DNA from: an uncultured virus (IMG/VR IMGVR_UViG_2061766007_000922)
Lineage: Duplodnaviria; Heunggongvirae; Uroviricota; Caudoviricetes
DNA: 20,000 nt
IMG/VR virus record: IMGVR_UViG_2061766007_000922
Strand: one strand, 5' to 3'
A program made the translations under genes and the position numbers. Within the stretch, counting starts at the first letter, position 1. Each line of letters starts with the position of its first letter. The notes beneath the pieces are model-generated. The model saw nothing but the letters and a program-made list of their open reading frames with translations, made no database searches and was not told the origin of the DNA. Shown piece after piece: positions 1 through 9,969 of the stretch.

Positions 1-262
1 ATATCGGACGAAGAATTAGAAAAAGCACGTAAGAGTTACGAAGATTCAAAAAGACAGTATCAAGAAAATGTAGCTCTTTATAAGGCTGCTAGGGGTATAG
101 ATTGGAGAACATACAAGAATAAACTAGGCAAAAGCGACAAAAGAAGCACGTTCGAACAAATTACAGGAAATGTTAGCATTGGCGGAGATTCCGACTTGGC
201 AAAACAAATCGTCGAAATGACGAAGGCGCTAAACGAAAGTTCTAAATCGACGAAAAAGAACA
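1..262 (+). CDS. Partial ORF, charged and probably helical; unknown phage protein (possibly the N-terminal part of the baseplate hub gene)
   Basis: Frame 1 is open from base 1 to the N gap (ISDEELEKARKSYEDSKRQYQENVALYKAARG...KALNESSKSTKKN). No recognisable motif. Confidence 0.45.
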
Positions 263-509
263 NNNNNNNNNNNNNNNNNNNNNNNNNNNNNNNNNNNNNN
301 NNNNNNNNNNNNNNNNNNNNNNNNNNNNNNNNNNNNNNNNNNNNNNNNNNNNNNNNNNNNNNNNNNNNNNNNNNNNNNNNNNNNNNNNNNNNNNNNNNNN
401 NNNNNNNNNNNNNNNNNNNNNNNNNNNNNNNNNNNNNNNNNNNNNNNNNNNNNNNNNNNNNNNNNNNNNNNNNNNNNNNNNNNNNNNNNNNNNNNNNNNN
501 NNNNNNNNN

Positions 510-1592
510 CAACGGAACGGACACGGTGACTACTATTCGTTCCATAGCTATGCGCTCTCTCAAGCGTCCGTTCACTTGCACTCCAGTATGTCTTGGATTC
601 AAGCCCGGTGCAACCGCTGCCGATGTAATCGACTCCATTTGCGCAATATTGGGGCTTGTGCCGTATGGCAAGGAAATGGCTACAGAAGTTTCTTTCCCGT
701 CCGGGTGGACTTTTGTAGGAAACGTGATAAACGCCATGAAGAAGCTCGCGCAGGATTTGGAAACAAAGGGAATTGGCATATATGTAGACCTTGCCGAAAT
801 GGTCGTTTTCCGTCACAGGACNNNNNNNNNNATTTGTAGGCAACGTGATGAACGCCATGAAGAAGCTTGCGCAGGATTTGGAAACAAAGGGCATGGGCAT
901 ATATGTAGACCTTGCCGAAATGGTCGTTTTCCGTCACAGGACGGACAGTTCCTATTCCATTGCGTACCTTACGCCAGACAGTGGCCTTCTTAACCTCGAA
1001 AACACCACAGACTATGTAGGATTCGCGAGGACAAGCATTGAAGACATGGCGAGCAAGGTAGGCGAGAAACCGAAGAGTGGCGAAGTAGTCTTGAAGCCAG
1101 AAGATGTAGACGATGTTTACGCGCAGCTNNNNNNNNNNCGAAGATGTAGACGATGTTTACTCGCAGCTGGACAAGATTTTCACGAACATGAAAAAGACCT
1201 ATTCCGCGAAAACGATGGTCATACCGAAATTGCGACCTAACGCTCTTGTGCGTATAAACGACGAACGGCGCGGTGTGCATGACGGCCTGTTCGTAGTTGA
1301 CAAGATGGAGGTAAGCGTGGGCAACGGCCCCAATTCTGCCTTCTCGATGGACCTTAACCTGATTGAGGCNNNNNNNNNNTCGCAACTGGACAAGATTTTT
1401 ACGAACATGAAAAAGACCTATTCCGCGAAAACGATGGTCATCCCGAAATTGCGCCCTAACGCTCTTGTGCGTATAAACGACGAACGGCGCGGGGTGCATG
1501 ACGGCCTGTTCGTAGTTGACAAAATGGAGGTAAGCGTTGGCAACGGCCCAAATTCTGCCTTCTCGATGGACCTTAACCTGATTGAGGCGTAG
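510..1592 (+). CDS. Putative phage baseplate hub protein, broken by gaps with duplicated overlaps
   Basis: Pieces join into ...GATAADVIDSICAILG...GWTFVGNV...YLTPDSGLL...IPKLRPNALVRI...DGLFVVDKMEVSVGN...FSMDLNLIEA*. This resembles myovirus hub proteins and lies directly upstream of the spike gene. Confidence 0.65.
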
Positions 1593-1594
1593 CT

Positions 1595-2392
1595 ATGAGT
1601 TTGCCATCAATGCTAGACGCTTATTTAGCGAACGCCTTGAGCGGAGTCCACACATCGCTTGTGGCGACCGTCACGGCATACGACGAGAAAACGCATAGGG
1701 CCACTGTAAAGCCTTCCGTGCGAATGCTGATGGATAACGGAATACAGATTGAATTNNNNNNNNNNCATGCTGATGGATAACGGAATACAGATTGAATTGC
1801 CGGAGCTTGTCGATGTACCGGTGGTGTTCCCTAGTTCTAAGGCTTTTGACATGGAGTTTCCTTTGGACAAGGGCGACGGGGTGCTTCTCGTATTCCAGGA
1901 GCAGGATATTTCCGCGTGGAAGAACGGAGACAANNNNNNNNNNATTCCCTAGTTCAAAGGCGTTTGACATGGAATTTCCTTTGGACAAGGGCGACGGTGT
2001 ACTTCTCGTATTCCAGGAGCAGGATATTTCCGCATGGAAAAACGGAGACAGGAACGCGGCTCCTTCCGTATCTTCTAGATTCGGCCTTGATTCCGCCATT
2101 GCCATTCCTGGATGTTTCCCGAAGCCGACGAAGGGAAAGGCGCGCATTGTGGTGGACTCGGACGGTGTGATTACCTGGGAAGCGAAGAAGATGGTATTTA
2201 ACGAGCAAGTCGTTTTCAACGATGATGTAATCGCCCGTACTGATGTGTACGTAGGCGCTGGGGTCGGCCCCGGCGTATCGCTAAAGCAGCACACNNNNNN
2301 NNNNTGTATCGCTCAAGCAGCACACGCACATAACGCCTGCGGGACCGTCTAACGCACCGTCACCACTTACACCCATACCGCCGGAGAAATAG
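1595..2392 (+). CDS. Gp138-like central baseplate spike (membrane-piercing) protein, split by three gaps
   Basis: N-terminal OB-fold-like segment VHTSLVATVTAYD...VKP...ELPELVDVPVVFP...FPLDKGDGVLLVFQEQDISAW...RFGLDSAIAIPG. C-terminus VSLKQHTH has the HxH metal-binding motif of spike tips. Stop TAG at 2390-2392. Confidence 0.8.
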
Positions 2393-2395
2393 AAC

Positions 2396-2671
2396 ATGGC
2401 ATTGAACTTGACACAATTCAAGAAAGACCTAAAGGCGTCAATGAAAGCCGCCGCAGAGTCCAACAAGGAGCTTTCTCCGAACGACCCGGCAGCGGCTCTC
2501 GACAAGGCGATGGAAAACATTGCGAACGCCATAGCGGAAAAGGTGGACGCCTACATAAAGACAATGACGATAACGATTCCAATCGGTGGCGTTGTTGTTA
2601 CGCAGACAACTACTTCGCCATCGCCACAGTCAAACGTCGATCCTATAGTCGTTACAGACTGCGTATCATGA
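2396..2671 (+). CDS. Small phage baseplate-region protein, function unknown
   Basis: Intact 91-aa ORF 3 nt after the spike stop. A homologous fragment (IKTMTIT...) occurs at 19947-20000 on the - strand in the same gene order. Confidence 0.7.
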   Translation: MALNLTQFKKDLKASMKAAAESNKELSPNDPAAALDKAMENIANAIAEKVDAYIKTMTITIPIGGVVVTQTTTSPSPQSNVDPIVVTDCVS

Positions 2672-2679
2672 CGGATTAA

Positions 2680-2739
2680 GTCCGGGCAGGGTGAGCGCCA
2701 GCCCGGATTCGGGAGGCCATCTTGTCCGGGCGCCTTTTT
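2680..2739 (+). terminator. Possible intrinsic terminator or alternative hairpins
   Basis: GCCCGGA (2701-2707) is complementary to TCCGGGC at both 2681-2687 and 2725-2731. The latter is followed by GCCTTTTT. Intergenic position. Confidence 0.4.
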
Positions 2740-2800
2740 AGGTAAAAAATTTTGTCATATATAGGAACGAAATAAGTTATATTTAAAAACGGATAAGACT

Positions 2801-3163
2801 ATGGAACTATCACTCGACAAAGACACATGGGACTTGCATCTTGACGCAACGGGCAATATCGCCACCGTTGGCGAAGCCGATTTTCCGTCGTTGCTTTCGC
2901 AGCGCATTACGCACAGATTGCAGACTTTCAAGGGCGAGTGTTTCCTTGACCGTGAAATAGGGGTTCCCTATTATGAGGAAATCCTAAAGAAAAACCCGGA
3001 CCTTGGACGCATACGATCGCTTCTATCTTCCGTAATTTCGGGTGTTGACGGAGTGGACAAGATACTATCGCTTGATTTGTCGTTTGACAGAAAAACAAGA
3101 CTGCTGTCTGTCACATTCCGAGTACTGGATCAAGACGGATCAATCGCTACAGGAGAAGTTTAG
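2801..3163 (+). CDS. Baseplate wedge / sheath initiator protein (gp25/W-like)
   Basis: 120 aa with QRITHRLQTFKGECFLDREIGVPYYEEIL...VDGVDKI, typical of the small wedge protein preceding baseplate J. Confidence 0.75.
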   Translation: MELSLDKDTWDLHLDATGNIATVGEADFPSLLSQRITHRLQTFKGECFLDREIGVPYYEEILKKNPDLGRIRSLLSSVISGVDGVDKILSLDLSFDRKTRLLSVTFRVLDQDGSIATGEV

Positions 3164-3166
3164 ATT

Positions 3167-4612
3167 ATGGGAACTTATGTAACCGAAAGCGGTCTCAAGA
3201 GAAAGACCTTGCAGGAGTTGCGCGTCGAGTTTGAAAACAAGTTCAAGCAAGTTTTCGGCGTAACCTTCGAAACCGCCGTGGACAGCCCTAACGGGCTCCT
3301 CGTTTCGCAGCTCGCCCTGTCCTATAACGACCTTTGGGAACTCGCACAGGAGATTTACTCCAGCCTCGACCCGAACCAGGCCGTAGGCGCGGAGCTCGAC
3401 GCACGTGCTGCCTTCAACGGCGTTTCGCGTAAACCGGCGCTGCCCTGCACAGTCGATGCCGTCCTCTATACTAGCGGTGACAGCGCGACGATCCCGGCCG
3501 GATCACTCGCAAAGCGGCAACGCGGCAACCTGAATTTCTCGCTTGACGAGACCGTGACAATTTCCCGCGCCTCTTGCGACGAACTCATGATTGTGGATAA
3601 CAGCTCCGCGAAAAACACGGAATACGTTTTCCATTTCACGTTTGGCGATGTGACGCTGAACAACTCAACCTCGGCGTCCAACATTTCCGTTCTCGCGTCC
3701 GCAATCGCATCAGCGGGCGGCACAGCGACCGAAACGGCACGCGGGCTTCGGGTCTATGACGAAGACTGCACGCCCGTGGGAATCACCGGGACCATGCCAG
3801 ACGATTTCATCATATTGTCCGGCAAAAATGGCGACTTTACTGCAGTCGATCTGGGCTACCAGACTTGCGAAATTGGCGAGCTTGATACCATTGCCGTCGG
3901 CGTAAGCGGCTGGAACTCCGTCTACAACTACGTGGCCGGTGACCCTGGCGAGGACTTGGAATCCGACGAATCTTTGAGGGTTCGCCGTGCAGCCGCTGCA
4001 AGGATGAGAAAGAGCCGCGCGACAGACCCGGCAATAGAAGCCGCCCTGCTCGATGTTCGAGGCGTTTCTTCTGCCCTTGTCAAGTCCAACCGTGGTTTTG
4101 ATACCGATTCGGACGGCATACCGGGCAAGGCGTTCACTTCGCTTGTCATTGGCGGCAACGACAACGAAATAGCGCAGTGCATTTACGAGAACCAGCCCGC
4201 GGGCATCCAGTCATACGGCAATACTTCGGTAAACATCACCGACAGCCACGGGATCGAGCAGCAAATCAGCTTTAGCCGCCCGACGGCGGTATATCTTTGG
4301 GTAAAGGTCACGTATTCGCTTTACGACGAAGAAGCCTTCACGGGACAGGACGCGGTAAAGGCGGCACTTGTCGAATGGGCAGAACGTGAATATACGCTCG
4401 GCAAGGATGTGATTTCGACACGAATAAACCAGGGCCTTTACGATGTCCCTGGAATCGGCGTCGCAACGTGCGCCGTGGCGGTGACGGAAAACCCCGACAC
4501 GCCACCGAGTTCGTCTAGCTACGAGACGGACAAACGGATTCCCGTTTCGTTCTTCAGCTACGCGGCCCTCGAAGATGATAGAATTTCCTTTGATGTATTG
4601 CAGAATAGTTAG
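3167..4612 (+). CDS. Baseplate J-like (gp47-like) wedge protein
   Basis: Intact 481 aa: DSPNGLLVSQLA, LDPNQAVGAELD, GEDLESDESLRVRR, GGNDNEIAQCIYENQPAGIQSYG, ISFSRPT. Confidence 0.9.
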   Translation: MGTYVTESGLKRKTLQELRVEFENKFKQVFGVTFETAVDSPNGLLVSQLALSYNDLWELAQEIYSSLDPNQAVGAELDARAAFNGVSRKPALPCTVDAVLYTSGDSATIPAGSLAKRQRGNLNFSLDETVTISRASCDELMIVDNSSAKNTEYVFHFTFGDVTLNNSTSASNISVLASAIASAGGTATETARGLRVYDEDCTPVGITGTMPDDFIILSGKNGDFTAVDLGYQTCEIGELDTIAVGVSGWNSVYNYVAGDPGEDLESDESLRVRRAAAARMRKSRATDPAIEAALLDVRGVSSALVKSNRGFDTDSDGIPGKAFTSLVIGGNDNEIAQCIYENQPAGIQSYGNTSVNITDSHGIEQQISFSRPTAVYLWVKVTYSLYDEEAFTGQDAVKAALVEWAEREYTLGKDVISTRINQGLYDVPGIGVATCAVAVTENPDTPPSSSSYETDKRIPVSFFSYAALEDDRISFDVLQNS

Positions 4613-4627
4613 TATTGGTAGTATTTT

Positions 4628-5282
4628 ATGAGCGAGCTGATAACAGATTATTCTTCGGAACAGAGAAAGTACGTTCCCGAACAATACAAGCGGAGTACGA
4701 AGCTACTCGGCGTTATCGACGCAACCCTTGGATTCTCGGACGAACTGGAAAAGGCGTTGCGCGAGATTTCCGACAACTTCAACATTGAAGATGCCGTCGG
4801 CCCGATGCTCGACTACTACGGCCTATATTTCGGAATCGTCCGAAAAATTGGCGAGACCGACGAACAGTTGAGAATGAGAATCCGCATAGGCAGCGGAACC
4901 GAAGACCTGCCGACACCAGAGGCCATCTATAACTATTTCAAGATTGCGTTCGGCATTTCGGACATGATTCTTTGTCCCGTATGGCCCGCGGGTCTTTATT
5001 TCGTTCTCGACCAGGGAATGCCCGAACCGGATGTAGACGAAGTAACAACCATAGCGGCGGCTTCCGGCGTTGATATTGGTCAAGGCACTTTCCTTTGTTG
5101 TGAAGAAGGGGAACCCTGGGGACTCATAGTNNNNNNNNNNNNNNNNNNNNNNNNNNNNNNNNNNNNNNNNNNNNNNNNNNNNTATGGTAGACGATGAAGG
5201 ATACTTGATTGTGGACGATGCGGACAACGTAGTGGTCGGAATTGACTATTTAACAACAAACGAAAGTTTTGAAACAAACTAA
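4628..5282 (+). CDS. DUF2612-like baseplate wedge protein with acidic C-terminal tail (gap at 5131-5182)
   Basis: PEQYKRSTKL...IEDAVGPMLDYYGLYFGIVR...ETDEQLRMRI. After the gap, MVDDEGYLIVDDADNVVVGIDYLTTNESFETN* ends at 5282. Confidence 0.7.
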
Positions 5283-5296
5283 ACAGGAGACGTAAA

Positions 5297-6127
5297 ATGT
5301 ATATGTTATTTAAAAGAATTAAGGATTGGGCGGTTAGCATTACATCCTTTAGAAATGGCGATGTGATACCAGTTGACGGACCAAACGGAACGGCGAAAAT
5401 GGGCTATTCCGATTTAGCAAAAGAAGTTATTAAGGATTCCGCCAACAATACGGCGGCAACAGAATCCGACCTCGTTTCGGGTTCCAAAATTCCTATAATG
5501 ACCGCCAACGGCCCAAAATCGTTGCCAGGAAACACCATTGCCAAAGCAAGCGAACAAGCCGCGCTTACCGCCTACGCGCAGAACGTGGCGCATAGTATCG
5601 CGCCGGAGTTTGACCCGACCCGTACCAGCGAGAACCCGTACAAGGCTGGCGAAAGCGTCACGTACACTGACGGCAAGGTCTATACTTTCAAGGTTGACCA
5701 CTATGGGGCGTGGACTAGTGCAGATGTTGACTATAGAAATGAAGCGGAAATCCTAAAAGATTTTTTTGAAAATCCGCATAATTCCGAACTTATTGGGGAA
5801 TTGGATGAAGAATTACTTGGAAAATCTGTATTATCGGTAAAATGTATCCTTAACGCGAGAATACCTTATGAAACCCCGACCATCATTACATCAAGTCCGG
5901 GCAATAGAGTCGCTGTTTTTGATGTGTCTGGTCAAGAAAAAATATACCTCAAAAGAAAAGACAATAACTTTCAATTCCTTATTTACGGGTTTTCGCAATC
6001 CACTTCAGTCGGGGCAGCTGTACCCAAAGCAAATCGCATCATTTCGCAAAATGTAGTTTATGTGAACGACAAGACCATAGAAATTTCTGTGCCGTCCGGG
6101 TACAGCTATTTTGTTCTGTGGTACTAC
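5297..6127 (+). CDS. Tail appendage / fibre-like protein, allele A (3' end lost in gap)
   Basis: RBS AGGAG upstream. Contains IMTANGPKSLPGNTIAKAS (shared with 6139) and QNVAHSIAPEFDPTR...YKAGESVTY...YTF...GAW (shared with the 9970 gene). Position follows the baseplate genes. Confidence 0.6.
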
Positions 6128-6138
6128 NNNNNNNNNNA

Positions 6139-8196
6139 ATAATGACCGCCAACGGTCCGAAATCGTTGCCCGGAAACACCATTGCAAAAGCAAGTGACGT
6201 TCAAAATGTCGAAAAAAAATTTGATGTGGTTCCTAGCATATCGTTTAGGACTGTTGTCGATAATTTACAGGGACTGACAACGTCCGAATACAATAATTCG
6301 GACGGACAGATTGAAGTCTTGTCCAAACGGTACATTGCAAGTGACGGCTCTTTGGTTGAGGAAAACGACACTACAGTCTCGGATTATATACCAATTTCCG
6401 GAGGAATAAGCAGCATCGAGTTCTGTAATAGAGACATTGATGGAAGATTAGGTGTTGCTTTCTACGATACGAATAAACAATTTATATCGGGTGTAAGCGC
6501 CGGAGCGACTGGTACGCTGATTGCGTATAGTTGGTACTATTCAAACGTGGTCCCGCAAATTCCGGAAGGGGCTGTCTATATGCGCGTTGCAGGAAATGTA
6601 CCGCTAGGACATTCCATAAAATTTACGTGCGAAGAAAAAATAGTACCTCCGCCCGGTGTAGATTACTTGACTGCGGAAGAAATAAGCAGAAACACGTTGA
6701 TGTCTGTGGAAGGCATTGTAGATAACGAGGTGGAGTATTCGGCAATAGAATCGACAAACTATGCTATAGGCACAGATGGTTCCTCGGTATCATCTGACAA
6801 CAGCTCAATATCTGACTACATCAAGATTACTGGCCCTATTCGCGAAATAACCTATTGCAACCATACGGGCGATTCTCTCGGTGTTGCTTTCTATGACACG
6901 AATAAACAATTTATATCGGGCGTGGACGCCGGAGCGACTGGTACGCTGATTGCGTATAGCTGGTATTATTCAAATGTAATACCTCAAATTCCGGAAGGGG
7001 CTGTCTATATGCGTATTGCCGGAAATGTCCCACTAGGGCATCCTCTTTACCTCGAAATGGTGAAAACTTCTGTAGAATCCACAAAGGCTATTCGACCGGA
7101 TGTTGGTTACGAATTTTTCACGTATAATGTAGATTGTAGCGTTGACGACACGGACGATTCTTTGCAGACAACTTCCTTGCAGGAAGAACCCGTAATGTCG
7201 GCAGACAACGGACTTATAATGCTCCCCAGCGGTTACTCCGCAAACGGCAAGCCTTGTCAACTTGTCGCTTTCAACCACGGTGCTGGCGGTACTGTTACTG
7301 ATAATAGCGCAAGCGGGTGGACGTCTTCTTCGATTAAACTATTGCTTAAACGTGGTTATGCTGTTCTTTTTGTCAACGGAATACCGCAAGCGTTCCGCAA
7401 TACGAAGTATTGCAACGGTGAGCAGAACGGTGCCGCAGCGCACATGGCAGGAATTATATTCTTGAGGTCGTTCAAAAAGGCATATGATTATGTAGTATGC
7501 AAGTACAACGTCACGAGAGAAATAGTGGCTCTCGGAGAAAGCATGGGTGGACTAGCCGCTTTGAATATAGCCTTGAGCGGAATTGTCCCTGTAAGAGCCG
7601 TCGCATTGGACGCACCAATAATCGACTTGTATCGTGACGCTTATTTTTCGGGCGCATGGTCTTCCGGTACATTGGGTGCAGGTACGTTCGGCATCATTGC
7701 CTGGATGTATCAGTTCCGAGGCTGCGACTTTGTAAACGACACGTACACGATTGACGGAACGACACGCAATATGGCGGACTTGCCGTCATACCCGGAAGAC
7801 TGCGAGGCATTGTGGGAGTTGAACAAGGATAGGGTGGCGGCGTTCAACGCATATTTGACGTCCAACGCACTTGTCAAGAACTTGGACAACGAATACGTCT
7901 ATGACAAAAATTCAGATAATTGCCCGGACTACTACGCCAAGGCACTAAGATGTCCGTGCAAAATTTGGTTCGGCACGGATGACAACGTAAACAAGTTATT
8001 CATCACTAAGAACTTCGTGTCACTTCTCCGTAATGCAGGGACTCCGGTTTGGATCCGCGAGATACCAACATCGACTCATTGCGTATGGAATATGACAACT
8101 ACATCCGGCGGCGTTGATACTTCTATTGTAGAGGATGGCCTCACTTGCGGAGTTTGCGGTGTTGAACTTCGCAATTGGATTGACAGTATAGTATAA
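6139..8196 (+). CDS. Tail appendage protein, allele B (5' end lost in gap): two tandem beta-rich repeats plus a C-terminal alpha/beta hydrolase (esterase-like)
   Basis: HGAGG oxyanion-type motif, GESMGG (GxSxG nucleophile elbow), candidate Asp in FGTDDNV and His in STHCVW. Starts with the 56-nt segment shared with 5495-5550. Confidence 0.75.
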   Translation: MMTANGPKSLPGNTIAKASDVQNVEKKFDVVPSISFRTVVDNLQGLTTSEYNNSDGQIEVLSKRYIASDGSLVEENDTTVSDYIPISGGISSIEFCNRDIDGRLGVAFYDTNKQFISGVSAGATGTLIAYSWYYSNVVPQIPEGAVYMRVAGNVPLGHSIKFTCEEKIVPPPGVDYLTAEEISRNTLMSVEGIVDNEVEYSAIESTNYAIGTDGSSVSSDNSSISDYIKITGPIREITYCNHTGDSLGVAFYDTNKQFISGVDAGATGTLIAYSWYYSNVIPQIPEGAVYMRIAGNVPLGHPLYLEMVKTSVESTKAIRPDVGYEFFTYNVDCSVDDTDDSLQTTSLQEEPVMSADNGLIMLPSGYSANGKPCQLVAFNHGAGGTVTDNSASGWTSSSIKLLLKRGYAVLFVNGIPQAFRNTKYCNGEQNGAAAHMAGIIFLRSFKKAYDYVVCKYNVTREIVALGESMGGLAALNIALSGIVPVRAVALDAPIIDLYRDAYFSGAWSSGTLGAGTFGIIAWMYQFRGCDFVNDTYTIDGTTRNMADLPSYPEDCEALWELNKDRVAAFNAYLTSNALVKNLDNEYVYDKNSDNCPDYYAKALRCPCKIWFGTDDNVNKLFITKNFVSLLRNAGTPVWIREIPTSTHCVWNMTTTSGGVDTSIVEDGLTCGVCGVELRNWIDSIV
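6451..7041 (+). repeat. Intragenic domain duplication, 6451-6612 vs 6880-7041 (429-nt offset)
   Basis: Both copies encode GVAFYDTNKQFISGV(S/D)AGATGTLIAYSWYYSNV(V/I)PQIPEGAVYMR(V/I)AGNVPLGH. Differences are mostly synonymous. Confidence 0.9.
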
Positions 8197-8210
8197 AAAA
8201 GAGGTAAACT

Positions 8211-8468
8211 ATGTACAGTGTATATGCAGTGCTTGATTCGAGCTACACCTTCACGGGTAACGCAAGACAGGCTTCGTTCGGTGTCGAGGCAGATGCGGCG
8301 CTGTCGGTCCTTTCTTTACCGGCGCGACTTCTTCCTCTTACACGATTCCGTCCGATAAGCTTTCCAATGCCGACCTTGCGAAAATCACGGCTGGCGACGC
8401 CGAGGATACACAGGGGCTTGTGGCTTTCCTCGCGGCAGCTACACTCTACGTCCGGCGCAGCACTTTAA
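8211..8468 (+). CDS. Small hypothetical protein, possibly with frameshift errors
   Basis: RBS GAGG and ATG at 8211. The middle reads more protein-like in another frame (SYTIPSDKLSNADLAKITAGDAEDTQGLVAFLAAATL). Shares its 3' end (AAL*) with the 12209 ORF. Confidence 0.45.
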   Translation: MYSVYAVLDSSYTFTGNARQASFGVEADAALSVLSLPARLLPLTRFRPISFPMPTLRKSRLATPRIHRGLWLSSRQLHSTSGAAL

Positions 8469-8506
8469 AACAAATTAACAAAGGAGGAACTCCCCTATGC
8501 CTTACA
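8457..8506 (+). repeat. About 50-nt conserved junction, repeated at 12290-12338
   Basis: GCAGCACTTTAAAACAAATTAACAAAGGAG(G)AACTCCCCTATGCCTTACA spans a stop codon, an RBS and the start of an MPY... gene in both places. Confidence 0.9.
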
Positions 8507-9296
8507 CAGACAAATTCCTGATTCACCCATACCGGGCTCAATGTTGCCGCGAGCCAGTGAACTCACATTGGCTGATTTGCTGCTGCTAATTCAACCCGGT
8601 AATCCAATCGGACAAAGAAACAAAAGTTTGACTTTGGAACAACTTTCAAACTTTTTAAAAAGTGTTTTTGAGGACAAACTGGCAGTTAAAGAATTGGACA
8701 TTCTTGGAAATGAAGATTCCACCGCCCAAATTCCAAAAGTTAGCGGATGGAAACTGGTAACAGATACAGACGTTACTTCACCCACCTATGGACAATTAAT
8801 TGTTACTTGTGAAACAACGCCCGGCGCTTACCCGGTTGACAAACCAAATGTGGTAAACTTTCCGCATATTACTATAGGAAAGTTGCACGCCACAGGTGCA
8901 GCAACATTTGAAAAAGATGTTACAATAGACGCCGATTTGAATGTAGCAAAAACAGTCACATTCAAAGACTTTAAACCACAAATAAGTAATTTATTAAAAA
9001 TTACGGACGTATCACAAACAAATTACACTTACGAACCGACCGAACAAGACACGCAAGAAAAAGCGCTTTCAGTTCCGGCAAAAATTATAGTAAACGCCTC
9101 CGCAATAGAACATCGGTTGCTATTTGCGGGACCGCAAATAAGTCCGGGCGGTTATGTTTCCATGAATGTTGTGTTGCCCGTTGGTTATGCGGTTACACTA
9201 ATTCCAGTTGATGCCCTTCAAGATATAGTTACTGGCACATGGAAAACACTTTTTGCCGTAATTGGCGGAATGGATAAAAATTTATACACACCATAA
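8497..9296 (+). CDS. Tail fibre/appendage-like protein. True start is probably ATG 8497 with a 1-nt frameshift near 8510; intact ORF from 8541
   Basis: AAGGAGG RBS lies 9 nt before ATG 8497 (MPYT...). The frame of 8541 extends back as QIPDSPIPGSMLPRASELT to 8511. Beta-strand repeats (TFEKDVTIDADLNVAKTVTF). Confidence 0.55.
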
Positions 9297-9310
9297 AAGG
9301 GAGGTTTATT

Positions 9311-9682
9311 GTGGATATAACTGGAATTGACATTGCCGCAATCGTGACCGGGTTTGGAAGCCTTGGGGGCTGCATTGCCGCCGGAGTAAAGGCAATCAAA
9401 AGCGGAAACGAGGCACGGGCTGCAAAGGCGCAAACCGAACTAATTCAGGAGCAGCGCAAGGCGCAAACCGAGCTTCGCGACGAACAAGTGCAGGAGCTAA
9501 AAACCGGGCTTGCAGTTGTTCAAGAACAAATTAAAACGCACGCAACCCGCCTAAATGACGGGGACGAAAAATTTGAGGCGTTTGCAAACGAACTAAAAGA
9601 ACAGAACGGGCTCCTCCGTGAAATTTTGGTTGCGCTTAAAATAAAGTTTAATTTGCCCATTGGAAAGGAGCTTGGAAAATGA
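9311..9682 (+). CDS. Holin-like membrane protein (N-terminal hydrophobic helix plus coiled coil)
   Basis: GGAGG RBS and GTG start. IAAIVTGFGSLGGCIAAGV is followed by a heptad-rich region. Located after the tail genes. Confidence 0.5.
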   Translation: MDITGIDIAAIVTGFGSLGGCIAAGVKAIKSGNEARAAKAQTELIQEQRKAQTELRDEQVQELKTGLAVVQEQIKTHATRLNDGDEKFEAFANELKEQNGLLREILVALKIKFNLPIGKELGK

Positions 9683-9809
9683 TTGCTTTGGTACCACATT
9701 GAACTCTTTGTGCGCAATGCAGTTTATTTGCGTTTTACATCAAGTAACGCAATCAGCAACATACAACGAATGGGCGCCGCTAGGAAATGCTACGGTAACC
9801 TGGTCGTAA
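9681..9809 (+). CDS. Orphan 3' fragment of a gene, probably an alternative allele of the 8497 gene
   Basis: Open frame DCFGTTLNSLCAMQFICVLHQVTQSATYNEWAPLGNATVTWS* followed by AGGAG and ATG 9822. Confidence 0.35.
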   Translation, partial: DCFGTTLNSLCAMQFICVLHQVTQSATYNEWAPLGNATVTWS

Positions 9810-9821
9810 AGGAGATAAAAC

Positions 9822-9847
9822 ATGGCAAGTACATTCGGTGAATTTAG
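9822..9847 (+). CDS. Start of an unknown gene (MASTFGEF...), cut by a gap
   Basis: AAGGAG RBS followed by ATG at 9822. Confidence 0.4.
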
Positions 9848-9858
9848 NNNNNNNNNNA

Positions 9859-9945
9859 ATTGTGGACGAGACGGATGAGCAAATTTTAATAAAGGACAGC
9901 GCCACGGAAGAAACGACTGAGCCGTTGCTTGCCCTGGACTATTAA
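9859..9945 (+). CDS. 3' end of a variant DUF2612-like wedge gene
   Basis: IVDETDEQILIKDSATEETTEPLLALDY* resembles the acidic tail at 5184-5282 and likewise precedes an appendage gene. Confidence 0.45.
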   Translation: MVDETDEQILIKDSATEETTEPLLALDY

Positions 9946-9969
9946 TAACCAATAATCGTAGGACTAATT

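Noticed and set aside
510..5282. Type VI secretion system or tailocin rather than a phage
   Set aside because: No T6SS-specific genes are present. The RusA-like gene, lysis genes and DGR favour a phage, although head genes are outside the window so a tailocin is not strictly excluded.
6451..7041. Near-identical repeat pair as a second DGR VR/TR
   Set aside because: Mismatches are mostly third-position and involve C/T/G in both copies, so they are not adenine-specific. Both copies are in-frame domains of one gene.
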